A stretch of DNA of 63,640 bases, the filler included, from Guillardia theta CCMP2712 (taxonomy: Eukaryota; Protista; Cryptophyta): NCBI RefSeq assembly GCF_000315625.1. It is 6 parts of 6 records of this genome, joined end to end, with 100 filler letters (N's around TTAATTAATTAA, not from the genome) between each part and the next. Parts side by side here need not be neighbours in the genome. Positions count along the whole stretch, not along the records: positions 1 to 21,849 come from NW_005434531.1; 5 more parts are not named here. One strand, 5' to 3'. A program made the translations under genes and the position numbers. A model generated the notes under the pieces. It did no database searches. It saw nothing but the letters and a program-made list of their open reading frames with translations, and was not told the DNA's origin. This document shows positions 1 to 12,610 of this stretch, piece after piece (within the stretch, counting starts at the first letter, position 1; every line of letters begins with the position of its first letter).

Positions 1-145
1 CCTCCTCTCCCCTCTCTTCTTCTTCTTCTTCTTCTTCTTGCTCCTCCTCTCCTCCTCTCTTCTTCTTCTTCTTCTTCTTGCTCCTCCTCTCCTCCTCTCT
101 TCTTCTTCTTCTTCTTCTTCTTGCTCCTCCTCATCATCATCCTCT
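1..145. repeat. Pyrimidine-tract microsatellite (CTT/CCT)n with ~40-bp higher-order repetition
   Basis: Direct: runs of CTT/CCT interrupted by a recurring GCTCCTCCTCTCCTCCTCTCT motif. Confidence 0.85.
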
Positions 146-271
146 GCTCGACCTACATGGTCTAGTTGCATCACAGACTGTATCCTCTCTCACTCGCTTC
201 CGTGGGTATCCAACCTCCTCCAGCATGCTATGCTGCTGGAGCTCTTAGGTCTGTCTGCCCCATAGTTCAAG

Positions 272-1891
272 ATGCCTCCTCGTAGTCCCAAACGGCGGAG
301 CAAGTACAGTGCATTCATGATATCCCCTGTGACCGCTGGATTGCTCATCGCTACACCCAACATCCTTTTGCTTCTTTATTTTTTCAGTGCCGATGTCCAT
401 CATGCCAAACATGAAGACGGATCTGAGTTGATTCGAGGTCAGGCTGCTGTAAGGCGCCAACTATCAGGGAACACAGAGGAGATTCTGACTGACATCAAAG
501 TCGAAATCGTCAAGCTCGAGAAGCATCAGTCGGAGATACAGAGAGAAACTTCGCAGATCCGTGATGATCTCGGAGTGGTTATCAAGAAATTCCTGTTATT
601 GCGGGACAGATTCAAGAATCGATCGATTCAACTTGATTACAACAGAAACACTTCCGAGCTTCATGGGACCTCTCGCACACAAGTCAATCAATCGCACACC
701 AACACACAATGGCTGCAACCGCCGCAGCTTCAGCCGCAACCGCCGCCTTCACCACAACAGAGACAGCATCTCAATCTCACCAATGAAGACAATCATGCTG
801 AGAAGGACCTTGCCCTTGGCTTGGTCGACAAGCTCCATGAGGAGTACACCTCCATCTTTGTCCTCTCCCTCCGCCGATTCTCCCCCTCCTCCGACATCGT
901 CCTCTTCCTCAGGGCCTCCACTCCCCGACTCGACGCCCTCCTCAAGAATCATGGCGTCATCTCTGTCAAGTACGCAGAGGAGGACATCTCGCAAGCAGCG
1001 ATGAGGAACCATAGCTCCTTGACGTACCGTTGGCTCGTGTTCGAGCGTTTCTTGGACCTTCATGGAAAGAACTACAGGCGCGTGCTGCTGGCAGATGTTG
1101 TACAGGTTGCTTTCCAGTCCAACCCCTTCGACGTGATGAAGAAACCAGGGCTGTACGCCTTCAGCGAGTCCATCAGTCTCAGTCAAGACGAGTGGACGTC
1201 GAACTGGATCCGGGCTTGCTTCGAGAGCTCTGTCCTGACGCCGCTGCCCGACAAGGAAACCCTCAATGTCGGGTACGTCATGGGCTCCATTGACCGCGTC
1301 TTGCCCTACGTCAAGGTCATGGCCGCAACGATCAGGTCCGTCACCCGAGCTGACGGCTGTCGAGGTGAGGGCGTGGACCAGGGCGTGCACAACGTCGTTG
1401 CCTACACCGACGCATCTTTCAGCGACCTCGTCGTACAGAACCAGAACAACGGAGCTGTCGGGGAGCTGCAGAGCCCCTTCGCCATGACTTACAACGCCGG
1501 GGTGAAGGCTGTTATCAACGGGATGGGTGTAGCTGCAGCAGTGGTGCTGCGCTACTACCACGTGCCGGAGGTGATGAAGCTTCTGTTCAACAGCTATGTG
1601 GTGTGGGACGTACACAACGTGTCGAAGGGGACGGGGGGCTGCTGGAGGTACATGCTGATGACCCACGTAGAGCTCTTCAAGGGCCATGGCGACTTCGCAG
1701 ACTCGTCGGTAGAGAGAGTCGCATCACCGCTGGGCTGCTGTGAGATATGCGACCGCAACCAGCAGTGCAACGGCTTCACGCATTTCGACCAGACGTGCTG
1801 GATGAAGTCGATCTCACGATCGCCGAAGCCAGAGGAAGGGTTTCCAGTGCCTGAGAGCACCTCCGGCTGGAAGATCTATACCAATCTGTGA
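272..1891 (+). CDS. Type II membrane glycosyltransferase-like protein with C-terminal PAN/Apple domain
   Basis: 539-aa intron-less ORF: N-terminal TM, coiled coil, YRWLVFERFL...VLLADVVQVAFQSNPF...GVDQGVHN GT-A-like motifs, and C-terminal CCEICDRNQQCNGFTHFDQTCWMKS Apple-type Cys pattern. Confidence 0.7.
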   Translation: MPPRSPKRRSKYSAFMISPVTAGLLIATPNILLLLYFFSADVHHAKHEDGSELIRGQAAVRRQLSGNTEEILTDIKVEIVKLEKHQSEIQRETSQIRDDLGVVIKKFLLLRDRFKNRSIQLDYNRNTSELHGTSRTQVNQSHTNTQWLQPPQLQPQPPPSPQQRQHLNLTNEDNHAEKDLALGLVDKLHEEYTSIFVLSLRRFSPSSDIVLFLRASTPRLDALLKNHGVISVKYAEEDISQAAMRNHSSLTYRWLVFERFLDLHGKNYRRVLLADVVQVAFQSNPFDVMKKPGLYAFSESISLSQDEWTSNWIRACFESSVLTPLPDKETLNVGYVMGSIDRVLPYVKVMAATIRSVTRADGCRGEGVDQGVHNVVAYTDASFSDLVVQNQNNGAVGELQSPFAMTYNAGVKAVINGMGVAAAVVLRYYHVPEVMKLLFNSYVVWDVHNVSKGTGGCWRYMLMTHVELFKGHGDFADSSVERVASPLGCCEICDRNQQCNGFTHFDQTCWMKSISRSPKPEEGFPVPESTSGWKIYTNL

Positions 1892-2269
1892 TGATGACAT
1901 GGTGATGGCATGCTCAGAGTTTTTCCATCACTTTCTCTCACTGGAGCATGTCATGTATGTCAGTTGCACAACAGGAATACTGACTTGTGCAGATATCTGT
2001 TTTCTTTTTTCACTCCATGTCCTTATCTGCAAAGTTTTGCCTTGGAGTATGTGCTGTTGTGCGATAGCAGATTTACAGTTTTGGTCAAAAAAGAATCGTT
2101 TATCAGTTTCAGCGGAGATCTCCTCAAAGCATTTTTGAGTCAGAGCTAAGTAAAGAAATAACCTCAACAATTCTTGTAGCAAAATCGCCTCCTCCTCCTC
2201 CTTTCTCATGTTGCTTGCTTGTTGCTACTTTTATTCTGTTGATGGTTCAGGCTTTCGTAAAACAAAGTT

Positions 2270-5200
2270 TGATTCACCTGGTGATTAATTCTTGTGGAAA
2301 CCAGGGCATCGCCCTTGCGAGTACATGAGATTTCATTGGACTTTTCCCAGGCAACTTGTACAACTCCGATCTCTATCGCAGTGTTTCAAAGGTACTAAAA
2401 GGTTAACAATAAAACAAACCTCGAAAGCATCTTTGAAAATTCTTGACAAAGACTGCTTCAATGAAACTTTACAAGGATGTGATCACTTCTTCAAAAACAC
2501 GGAGGAGGATAAACCTTTCAACTGAAGAAAACTTGCAGCGCTCCTCCAGAATTCAAGAACTTTCGGAAACAATTCAGGCAAAGAAATTGCTTGTTTGGTC
2601 AAATCTTTGATTTGATAAAGATTTTCATCAGTGAATGTTTCTCTCAAATTCTCCCTCCCTGAGTTGAGAACGATAGTCAAGAAATTGAACCATACGGATA
2701 GATTCTCCACGGTTCTGAACTCAGACCCTGCAGGGCACAATTTTGACACGTTGGCAAAAGCCTTGTTTAAGATTATTTTGAACCATGGTAGCCGGTAAAG
2801 ATATGAGCCAGAGATGCAGGACGAGACTAGTGCTTCGAAAATAGGCACAACAATTTCTTGTTTTGTGTATGCAGGCCAGACAGGATCAACCATAGCTTGG
2901 ATGCAACATAGCAAAGAACGATATGCTGCACCACACAATGCCTGACACGCAAGGTTGCACGTTGCCTTAGCTCTTAATTGTTCGAACAGATGAATATAGA
3001 TGTACGCCGTTGCAGTGATAGACACTAGACTTGACTGTACATGACATATTTCGATGGAATTCGAGAGGCTCGTTATGAACTTCTCAAGGAAATTTCCATC
3101 TGTAAGATACTCTGTAAATTTCTCACCTGATTTGTCTGCAACAGCAAGAACAGAAATCATAAGTATATTGACTGGTTCTGTTTTTCTAGAATCCAAAGAT
3201 GATGAAATAGATGTATGAAGTTTTTTGAAGACTGCATAACTTTCTGAAGCATTCAAAAACTTGGTAAAAATCGCTCCAAGGAGTTGGCATGTGCTTTTTT
3301 GGTAAAGTTTTGCTGATTCACAAATGTCTTCTTGCATTCGGAGAGAAAGCTTATGTATAGTTTGAGTTTTCAGAAGAGTTGATTTCGCCTCTGAGTGCCA
3401 TAAAACTGCAGAAATGGTTTCAACGATTCTTGCATACAAATCCTCGTCTTTTGAGTGCACCAACAATAGCTGAAACATGATTTCAATCAATCCCGAGCGA
3501 ATCAATAAAGCAACTCCGGAGGACGCTTCTTGATAGACCCAGTCACTACAATCTGATGTCAGTGCAAGCACTGTATTGCATTGCGGCAAGCCTTATCTTA
3601 CCGTATCATTTGGAGTACTTCTGAAGTTGTATCAAGAGAGCATGTCCCATTAAGTAGATCAATTAAACAATTCTCTGAGCTGCTGTTTTTGCAAGCGATG
3701 AAATTCATAAGTTCCAACTCATGGCGTTTGAGACGATCAGATATTTCGATGGATCTTCGATTCTGCACCCAAAGAAGCAGTAATGCTTTTGCTGTCACAT
3801 TTTCAAAGCTTTGCGAAACCCAGACATGCATGTGCACTATTAGATCGGGATCTTGCAAAAGGTCATTTGTTGTTATGCTCTGTACAGTGAAACAAAGAAT
3901 CAATATTGATGGGAAAAGCCATGTGAATGTCACTTACAGCGCACAAGTCTTCAATGAATGCTGATTCCAACTCGAGTCTTCCGCCTTTCTGCTCAATTTT
4001 CATCAAAATGAGAAGAAAATTCTTTGCATTTCCAGTTTGATGTATCAAATGACTATAATTCTTGGATATTCTGTCAATCCATGTCTCCAACAAGTGATTC
4101 TTGCAAATAGTCTCGCCATAGTATAGTGAAGCCGCAAGCAGACCAATGGTGCCAGAAACAAGCCAGATATCATTCATTACTTCCAAGTTTCCATCCACTT
4201 CTTGCGATAGAAGATTTTCAAAGGAAATCGACTCCAGTATTGATAACTGATTCTTGTCTGGAGCATCTGTAAATCCTAGATTCTGAATGAGGGTTGCGAG
4301 AAATGCTACTGCATTTGTCCGTGTTTGTGAACCAGTCTGGTTATTCCCCAGCAGGTCAATGCAAGTCCCAAGGAAGCCTGAGCTCGTTGCAAATCACATT
4401 CAAACAAATGGAATTGTTTAGGAGGTTTCACACCGCTTTTTGCAAATTTTGAAGCCAGACGTTGTTTACAGCTCAAATCCTCCAAAGTTGCTTTAAGAAG
4501 ATCTGTTTCAATTGTCAAGTTGTATCAAACCTGCATTTTCGATACTTAGAAATGCCGCCAGACAATTTTCTGAGATATCCTGTGAAAGAAACTCACTCTT
4601 CCCAGATTCAAATTAAAGAAAAGCGTTCCAAACCGAGTATAGTGACATGACTCTCAAAGTTACTGTACGTTCTGAACCTCTCACGATATGGTTCCGTATC
4701 TCGTAATCTTGGGAGGTTTCTTGTAGTATTCTTGACAAGCAATCAACAAAACAGGCGACTGCTTTTTCATGTGTGTATATGTTGTCTTCACATTTTTTCA
4801 AGAGTTGCAGACTTGAAATGATTATGTTTGGCTTGAAATTCACGTCAAAGATACAAGGGCAATGTCTTTCCCATGTCAATGGCTGTTCTAATAGAGTTAA
4901 AAGATTTTGCCATGTTGCATACAAGACATCCTAAAATAGTATATGAGATCTGTCAACCATCAAGACTCAAACACTTTCAACCGGATCATATGACACCCGA
5001 AGGCCACAACAGATAGCTATTGAAATTTCATCCATATTGGATGATATCAAATTTGAAGCAATAAGGCTACGCATGATGTGTCAGACATACCGGCATCAAA
5101 AGCAATATACCTTCGTATAGAGGAATGCCAAAGGATGAGCAGCCGATTCTTACCGCTTTTCGCGTATTCTTGTCCTAAGCCAAGATACGTATCCAGGCCA

Positions 5201-6478
5201 AACCTCAACATTGTTTTCAATTCCAGTGCAGTCTTGTTTGCAATTATTATATCAAGGGTCTCGAAAACCAATTCCATTATCTTCTCGTCCTGTTCAATAG
5301 TGCACATTTCAAACCTGTAATTTTCAATTTATGACTTGCAATGCGTGTCAAAGATATGGAGTACAATATTGTTGGTATTTCATGACAATGCAGGAATTCT
5401 TCTTGCATTGTTCTGTCGATCTGGGCCAGAGCTGTTTTACACAGTTGCAAACAAACAATCTTTTCTGATAAGGTTCTCTTGATAAGGAGTATCTTTCTCC
5501 AGCTTCTGCAGAAAGAGTTGTTTTGAAGGACTTGGACACAAGATCCTACAGAGGATGCACAAATAGCAGAAAGCAATTGGAACACTGAAAGTGAAATACT
5601 CTATTCGGGAATGTCATTGGATAACAAATAATCAATCAATCAGACCTCTTCTAACGCGTCGACGTGATCCAAATCATCTTCTAAGATTTGTCTTATCAAA
5701 ACATCTCTGATATCATTAAAAGCGTCCGATCCCATACTGCAAACTTGAAGCTTTTCGAAGAATACGACAAAAAATCTATCTCTTGCCAACTGAATTTTGC
5801 TAAGAACTTTATCAAAAATTCAATGAGATGATACACACCTGAAGTTGTTTGAGGACTGAATAATCTTTAAGCTATAGATCAAGAACAAGTCATTCAAAGA
5901 GTAGTGATTGAGAAGATTTGGCATTCACCTCTTGGCTTATCGCTAATTGTCCTGGACTCAAAGGACATAACCCGTTGGCCAAATACAGCAGGAAGGAGCG
6001 GCAAGAGACAAAGGTCTCAAACCAACTTTCACTCCTTACTGTCTCTGACAAAATATCAACTAGTCCCTTCTTGATAGCACTAAACGGAAAAGACAAAGAT
6101 TAGATCTGGAAGCGTGCTTCAGTGACCAACCTCTCCAAATTCCCTCGTAAGTGAAGTTCAAAAGCCTTCAAGATAGAGTGCGGCTCCAGTCTCGTCGAGA
6201 CATTGAATCTTTGTAAGAGCAATTGACTCGATAGTTTTCTTAGCTGCAAGTCCTGGGCGATTACAAAGCTCGACAAGAGCATCTTCACAAGCCTGTCTTC
6301 ATGCTCCGCAATGAGACAGCCGGTAAGAATCATCCAGTTGTTGGATATCAAACCTAGCACAACTTGCTGTAAGCAGAGACAAACAATCATGTTCGATCAA
6401 GATTCTACCAAGACGAACGACTGACATCGTCGCATCTTCTAGTTTCCACAGGACTTCATCGACCTCTATCCCGGCCAT
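2270..6478 (-). CDS. Large multi-exon alpha-helical (ARM/HEAT-like) protein of unknown function, AT-rich
   Basis: Chain of minus-strand Leu-rich ORFs (6299-6514, 6100-6390, 5277-5585, 5047-5307, 4613-4924, 3863-4198, 3598-3933, 2483-3589) separated by short intron-sized gaps; boundaries approximate. Confidence 0.5.
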
Positions 6479-6740
6479 ATCGATCGCAAATTTTTTTCCC
6501 GCCTTTCTACCCACAAACTTCGCAATAAAAAGACGTTACTCTGCAACGGACGAATAACGTTGCAACCCAAAGCCGTTGGTTCAAGTTGCTACCGCCCGGC
6601 CATGGGGCAGGAGGGAGGAGAGAGGGAGCAGAAGAGGGAGCGAGCGCGAACTCTGCATGTAAGATGAAGCAGAGCGCAGCCACACACAAGGAAGGACGTT
6701 GACACACTTGCTTTGAGTCCAGGGAATCAACAGTGAAAGA

Positions 6741-8878
6741 ATGCCCCACTCATCGGAGCTTTGCGTCGGGATTCAATCAGCAGCAAACCTGCCGAAGATG
6801 GATGTTCTAGGAAGTTGTGACGCCTACTGCATCCTCCAGTGGGGGGACGATCAGAGAAAGACCAGCACAATCAAAGGCTCGTACAATCCCACCTGGAATG
6901 AAGAATTCCGGTTTTTAGTCTCCCAAGGACAAACCAGAGATCTGGAAGTGAAGGTCATGGACTGGGACAGGATGACGAAAGATGATGAAGTTGGAATTGT
7001 GACAATCAGCTCAGCACAGATTGAAGAGATCATGTCCAAGCAAGACGCAGCAGATCTTGTTCTGAATCTTCCTTTGACGATGGGCGGTAAGGAGGTGAAG
7101 GGAAAACAAAAGGATCGCCCTTCAACCATCACAGTGCGTCTCAGCAAACAGGCGACTGTAGACCACAAAGCAACAACCGAATCTGAACCGAAAAGGTACG
7201 GAATGATGGCAGAGAGCAAGAATGCGGACATAGTTCAGATCGCAGAGCCCGCTGATCACGGTAAGTGCGATCAGCAGATTGAAGTTGCTCCCTTGCAAGT
7301 TCAAACACTCGGGGAGAAGCCTGGTGTTGTTGAGCATGCAGCAGATGCTCGCACCTCGAAAACTAAAGAGGAGGACAAAGGTATGAAATCAGCTCCATCA
7401 GCGTTTGTCGGCAGGGGATATATGCTCGGTAGGGGATCTCTAAAGCAAGTCAGCAACGCGATCCCGAGCAACAAGTCCAAGGCAGCAACAAGGAAGCTTC
7501 TGCAATCTATCAACCATTTGATCAAGAACGAGAGCAAAATGGGAAGTGAAAAGTTGGCTGCCGATGATCCACGACGGTCGGAAACAACCTTCTCACACAA
7601 TGTACCCGACACTGAGCACGATTTCCACAAAGTACGTGAGAGCACAAAAGAGTTGCAATCCCTTCTTGCTTCCATGATTGCGAGAAAAGATGAGGTTTGT
7701 TCTGAAGAGAGATCACAAGAAATCCTCTCTCCTCGCCACAAGGGATACGAGAGTGAAAGACATCAGCCTTGGACTCATGGAAGTATAAAAGACATTCTCG
7801 ATGGCCTTGCAATTGAAGACGGCGTTGTTGAGGACAAGGACTTCTTCGATGATAAAAGTCTTTCTCCGCACAAACCTATCGCTGATGAAACAGTGAGGGA
7901 GTCAAACACAAACCCACTACAACCGGACGATCAGCTAAAGAAGAAATTTCTGGTGGTCCACAACATGAAGCTAGAGACACCTCAGGCCTTCACGTCCAGA
8001 TGTGCATTGTTTCAACTCACCGCGGTAATGAATGAGTCAGTGAAATCCAAGACGAACAAGGTGGTTGTCTGTTCTGATATGTGACAAGTCATTGCGTGTT
8101 GACATGCGATCTCGTGAAGGTGACAGCGTGCAACGGAACAGCCAGGTGGGATCAAGTCTGCAAGTTCGAGATCAGACCTGGGAAGTTTTCAATGAGGTTC
8201 AAGATAAAAATGCACGACGATGCTTCTGATGAGGTGACGCCCGTTGACCTGCCTCTGAGACTGACTACTCTTCTCACCGAGACTGACTACTCTTTTTGTC
8301 AGGCCAACGTAACACTGGGAGCGACTGAGTTCCAAGGATCGGACGACGGGGAGAACGGAGTCGTTTTTGATGGAGCTCTGCCAGTATATTCAGCAGCAGA
8401 GCAAGTGGGATTGCTGTTCTGCACGATGAAGTTTGTCAGGGAATCGAGGGATCCTGGACTAGCAAGAGGAGGCGAGGACGAGGGTCAATTGCATTCCGAG
8501 ACAGTGAAGAAGAGCATCAGCGAGGTCAGGGACACTCTACAGACATGGAAGGATCTGCTCGAAAGGAAGCAGGAGAAGGCTGAGAGCAAGGAGGAGGAGG
8601 AATCGAACGGCGCAGGGGAAGGTGGCGAGGAAGCGAAGGTTGACGCAGCCAATGTGAAAGAGACTGGAGGTAACGAGCGGAGCTTGGATGCTTCTTGCCT
8701 GTACTCCCGTGCAAGGAGACGGAGGGTTGTTGAGAGGCAGAAGGATGCTTTGACTTCTGCCCTCCTTTCCCACGGCGATGGTGAGTCCAGACCTCACAAG
8801 GAGTTGTGGCTCCGATCAGCTGACGAAGAAGCTTGGAGTATGATAGATCGTATGAAGGCTTTATTGCTCCATACATGA
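6741..8878 (+). CDS. C2-domain protein (N-terminal Ca-binding-type C2; second degenerate C2)
   Basis: AANLPKMDVLGSCDAYC...YNPTWNEEF...VMDWDRMTKDDEVG; two ORFs joined by short introns near 8062-8119 and 8234-8302. Confidence 0.8.
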
Positions 8879-9588
8879 CTGTAGTTTACATCTAGATACA
8901 ACTTGATCTTTTGAACAAGTGAAGCAAAATTATGCCAGGTTGCTCGAAAAGTTTTGGTAGTTTACATGTAGTTACAAACTTGATGTTTTACACAAGTGAA
9001 AAGAAATCATGTCAGGTTGCAGTCAAGTGCCGCGCTATAGCCTGCAGGAGTGAATCAGCACAAGGTGGTAGAAAGGGATGAGGGTTGTTTGTAAGCACAG
9101 GAATGAACTTTTGCAATCTCCGAAAAGTCGTGACTTCATAATAAGAGCACATGCCCCCACATTCAACACAACTCGATACAGATTGCTTCCTCTTCCATCG
9201 GGTTTAAGTGCACAAACCACTCGTAAATGTTTGAGCATAATGGAACGATGGGTTATCCTCCTCCCATTACAACATGTATCGTCTCTCACATCACCTCAGA
9301 CGTCTTCGATGTGTCAGAGACAACATCTCCACACTCTTCATTACAGCCCCTCTGCCTACCTGCAGGAGGCATGTAGTTTCGAGCATCGCTATCATTCCCC
9401 GTTGGCTCGAGTCGTTGCCATGCTTGCATACCAGACCGCTAGGACACGAGCAAGCAGCAAAAGATACTAGCTGTTTGTCCCGGCGATGCCCGCCGGAGAA
9501 AGACTTTCCGTGTCCGCGTGAAATAAAACAAAGTGAAAAAAAGAATCCCGGATAATAAAAACAAATCTGTAAAACATCATTTGCCGCA

Positions 9589-11495
9589 ATGCCGGAGTAC
9601 GACAGTCTCCACGTAAGCTGCCACGTCGTCATGACGAACTTCCCCGCGGCCTTCACAGCAGCATGTGCTCCTCCCCTCCCCTCTTCTGCTCCTCCTGCTC
9701 CTCCCTCTCTCCCTCCCGTCCCTCCTCCCTCCCTCCCTCCCTTCTCTTCCTTGCTCCTGCCAACATTCTATCCCCTCCCAGAGGTGTCCTCCCTGGGCGA
9801 CTTCCAGGTCTTCGCTCGCCACAGGGGGAAGGAGGTTGGTCTTGTTCTGGTGCAGCAGCCGTCTTGTCCTCTTCCTCCTCTCGACTTCTCCTCCTCTGCT
9901 GTCTGGTGCCCAACTTGTGTAGCCCTTGGCATGGACAAAGGGGAAGGAAAGCAGAGCGCGAAGAAGCGAAAGAGAGGAAGGTCTTCAGTCGGCTCCTCCT
10001 CGGCTACATCAGCTACATCAGCCACATCAGCGTCTTGGGAAGCAATCAAGGAGTGGACAACCCAACTGTTCGAACATGTCGAGCCGCAAGGACACGTCAG
10101 ATCGATCGATGGGAGGGAGGAGGTAGGGAGTGGAGGGAGGATCGGAGGGGTCCTGACATGCGAGGATCTAGCTCAAGGTCGTACGATTGACTCTCCGTCG
10201 GGGGATGCGCGGGAAGCTTCTCCTCCTCAACCCTGACCGGGAAGATCATGCCAGGAGCCTTTCGAATGCAAAACTGATCCTAAAGCGGTGATAGTTCATC
10301 CTTCAATGCATTTCTCCCCCTCTCCCTCCTCCCTCCCCCTCTCCCTCTCCCCTTCTCCCTTCTCCCTCTCTCTCGATCCCTCCTCCCATCCCTCTCCCTC
10401 CTTCCTCTCACTCTTCCCTCTCCCCTCTCCCTCCTGCCTCCTGCCTCCTGCCTCCTGCCTCCTGCCTCTCCCTCTCCCCTGCCCTGTCCCCTCCTGCTCT
10501 TCTCCCGTCCACTTCCCTATCCTCTTTTCCAACTCGTTCACTCACTTCATCCTCATCCGCCCTGCTCCTCTCCTCTCTCCTCTCCTCATCCTCTTTGCAG
10601 GTCAGACGGTGCGCTTCTGTCCCTCATTGACTCCCGTCCTCGAGTTTCATCTTCAGCGCGAACGGCAGATACGCCATCGTCCGCCTCAGCTCGGTGAGAG
10701 CATCATGAAAAAGTGACACACCCATCCAATAACTTACATGTTTCTCTCCTCCCTCCCTCCTCCCTCCTCCCTCCTCCCTCCTCCCTCCCCTCCTCCCCTC
10801 CCTCCCCTCCCTCCCCTCCCTCCCCTCCCTCCCCTCCCTCCCCTCCTCCCTCCTCCCCTCCTCCCTCCTTTCTCCATTCTCCATTCAATTTCCATCCGTT
10901 TCCAGAAGCAGGAGGCGATTAACGCATCTCAATCCTTGAGCAACAGCCCGTACCTCCAAGGAGCTCGCATCACCTTCAAGCGGAGGATACGGAGGAGGAA
11001 GGCAGGGGAGCAGGAGCACGAGGAGCAGGAGGGCGAGACGGTTTTTGCCTTGTGTCTCCTTACATAGTGAACCTCTGGAGTAGGAGGAGAACGCGATCAG
11101 AGCAGGAAGCGACGAGGAGGCGATGGAGGACTCGGTGGCAGAGAGTGACAGCGGGGAGGAAGGGGAGAGCTGGGGTAGAGCTGGCGGGAGGAGGAGGTGG
11201 AGGAGAAGCGAGTTCCAACTAGGTGACAACGTGGGAACGTCGGGGAGTCTGTCGTCGTCAATACGAGCTTTTAAATCCTTCTCACGTAAGGATCTTGCTC
11301 CTGCTCCTGCTGCTCTTAATCTTGACCGCCCACCCCCCACCGCCCACCCCCCGCGCCGCCTACTCCTCCTCCTCCTCCTCCTTCCCCTCCTGCTCCTGCT
11401 CCTGCTCCTCCTTTGCTCCCTTCCGCCTCCGCCTCCTCCTCCTTTTCCTCTCGCTCATTATCCTCTTGCTCCTCCTCCCTTCCAATCCAACGTGT
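9589..11495 (+). CDS. Hypothetical multi-exon gene
   Basis: ORF from ATG 9589 and exon-like blocks (10601-10713, 10906-11040) separated by pyrimidine-rich introns; no recognisable family. Confidence 0.35.
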
Positions 11496-11499
11496 AGTC

Positions 11500-11567
11500 A
11501 TGTGAAGTTTCTACTGATGGTTTGATAGGTCTCTCGGAATCAAAAGCAGAACGAGTGCCAGAAAGTT

Positions 11568-11652
<85 letters not shown>

Positions 11653-12610
11653 AGCAGGAGCAGGAGCAGGAGCAAGTGGTAGAGTGAGAAGGCGACGGGG
11701 AGAGGGAGGAGGAGAAAGGCCTCAGGTTGATGATCGAGTGCGTGAGAGTGAGGAAGAAGACGAAGAATCGAGTGACGGAGGAGGGATTCAAACAGAAGGG
11801 GAGGAGGCGGAGAGGGGCGATAGCGCAGGTGATGAGGAAGGGAAAGGAACCAGTGTAACACAAGGAACCAGAGGAGGAGGAGGAGGAGGAGGAGGAGGAG
11901 GAAGGGGGAGAGGTCTCACAGCGCTGCTGAGCCGCCTGAACGATAAAGCGATGGAAAGAGAGTGAGAGGAGCGGAATGAAGGAAGGAGAAACTTTCATGG
12001 GCCGCCTTTGAGGGAGTAGCAGAGGAGGAGTGGGAGCGAACGGAGGTGGCAGGCGAGCTGCGAGAGAGGAGACGATACTGAGCGCAGGGGAGGAGGAGGA
12101 GGATCTTTGACGGCTGAAAATCCACAGACGAGGACGGGCTTGAACCAACCTGCTTGCTGCGAGGAGGTGTTGAACTTGCCAAAAAGGAGTCAGGTGGATC
12201 ACGCGCTCAGTGGAGGTTGGAGTCGATCAGGAGAGAGAAGGAAAGCGGAGACGAGGAGGAGAACGAAGAGGAAGGGAACGAGCGAGATCGGGAGGACCAA
12301 GGGAGGACGAGGATCGAGGACGAGGAGACTGCAACTGAACTGAGGGGACAGAGAGGCTCGAACGAGGACGACTCACGCTTATTCGGGGGCAGAAAAGCTG
12401 GCAGGAGGAGGAGGAGGAGGAGCAACAGCAGCAGCAGCAGGATGGACAAGCAAGGAGTGGTGATCGTTGTGGTTGTGGTTGCGCTTCTCCTCTGCATGGC
12501 CATCTGCGTCATGGTGATCTGCACGGACATCTGCAAGACTGTTGCGGTCCCAGGTCACGTCCCCCTCCAGAAGAGGATCTCCTTCCCCTCCTTGACTCGC
12601 CCTCGCTGAT
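11500..12610 (-). CDS. Hypothetical low-complexity gene
   Basis: Overlapping Ser/Pro-rich minus-strand ORFs; frame and start unresolved. Confidence 0.25.
11569..11672. repeat. (GGAGCA)n hexamer microsatellite
   Basis: Direct; the same unit recurs at 21475-21555 and, as the reverse complement, at 49808-49909. Confidence 0.95.

Noticed and set aside
749-1687. Long antisense ORFs opposite real genes (also 19276-20025, 35535-36524, 60017-60553)
   Set aside because: Expected shadow ORFs from GC3-rich codon usage; no protein motifs.
9035-9470. Possible small minus-strand gene
   Set aside because: A plausible donor site exists but the peptide is short and unrecognisable; insufficient support.
10288-12343. 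Numerous Gly/Pro/Leu/Arg homopolymer ORFs here and across the window
   Set aside because: Products of intronic or intergenic purine/pyrimidine microsatellites.
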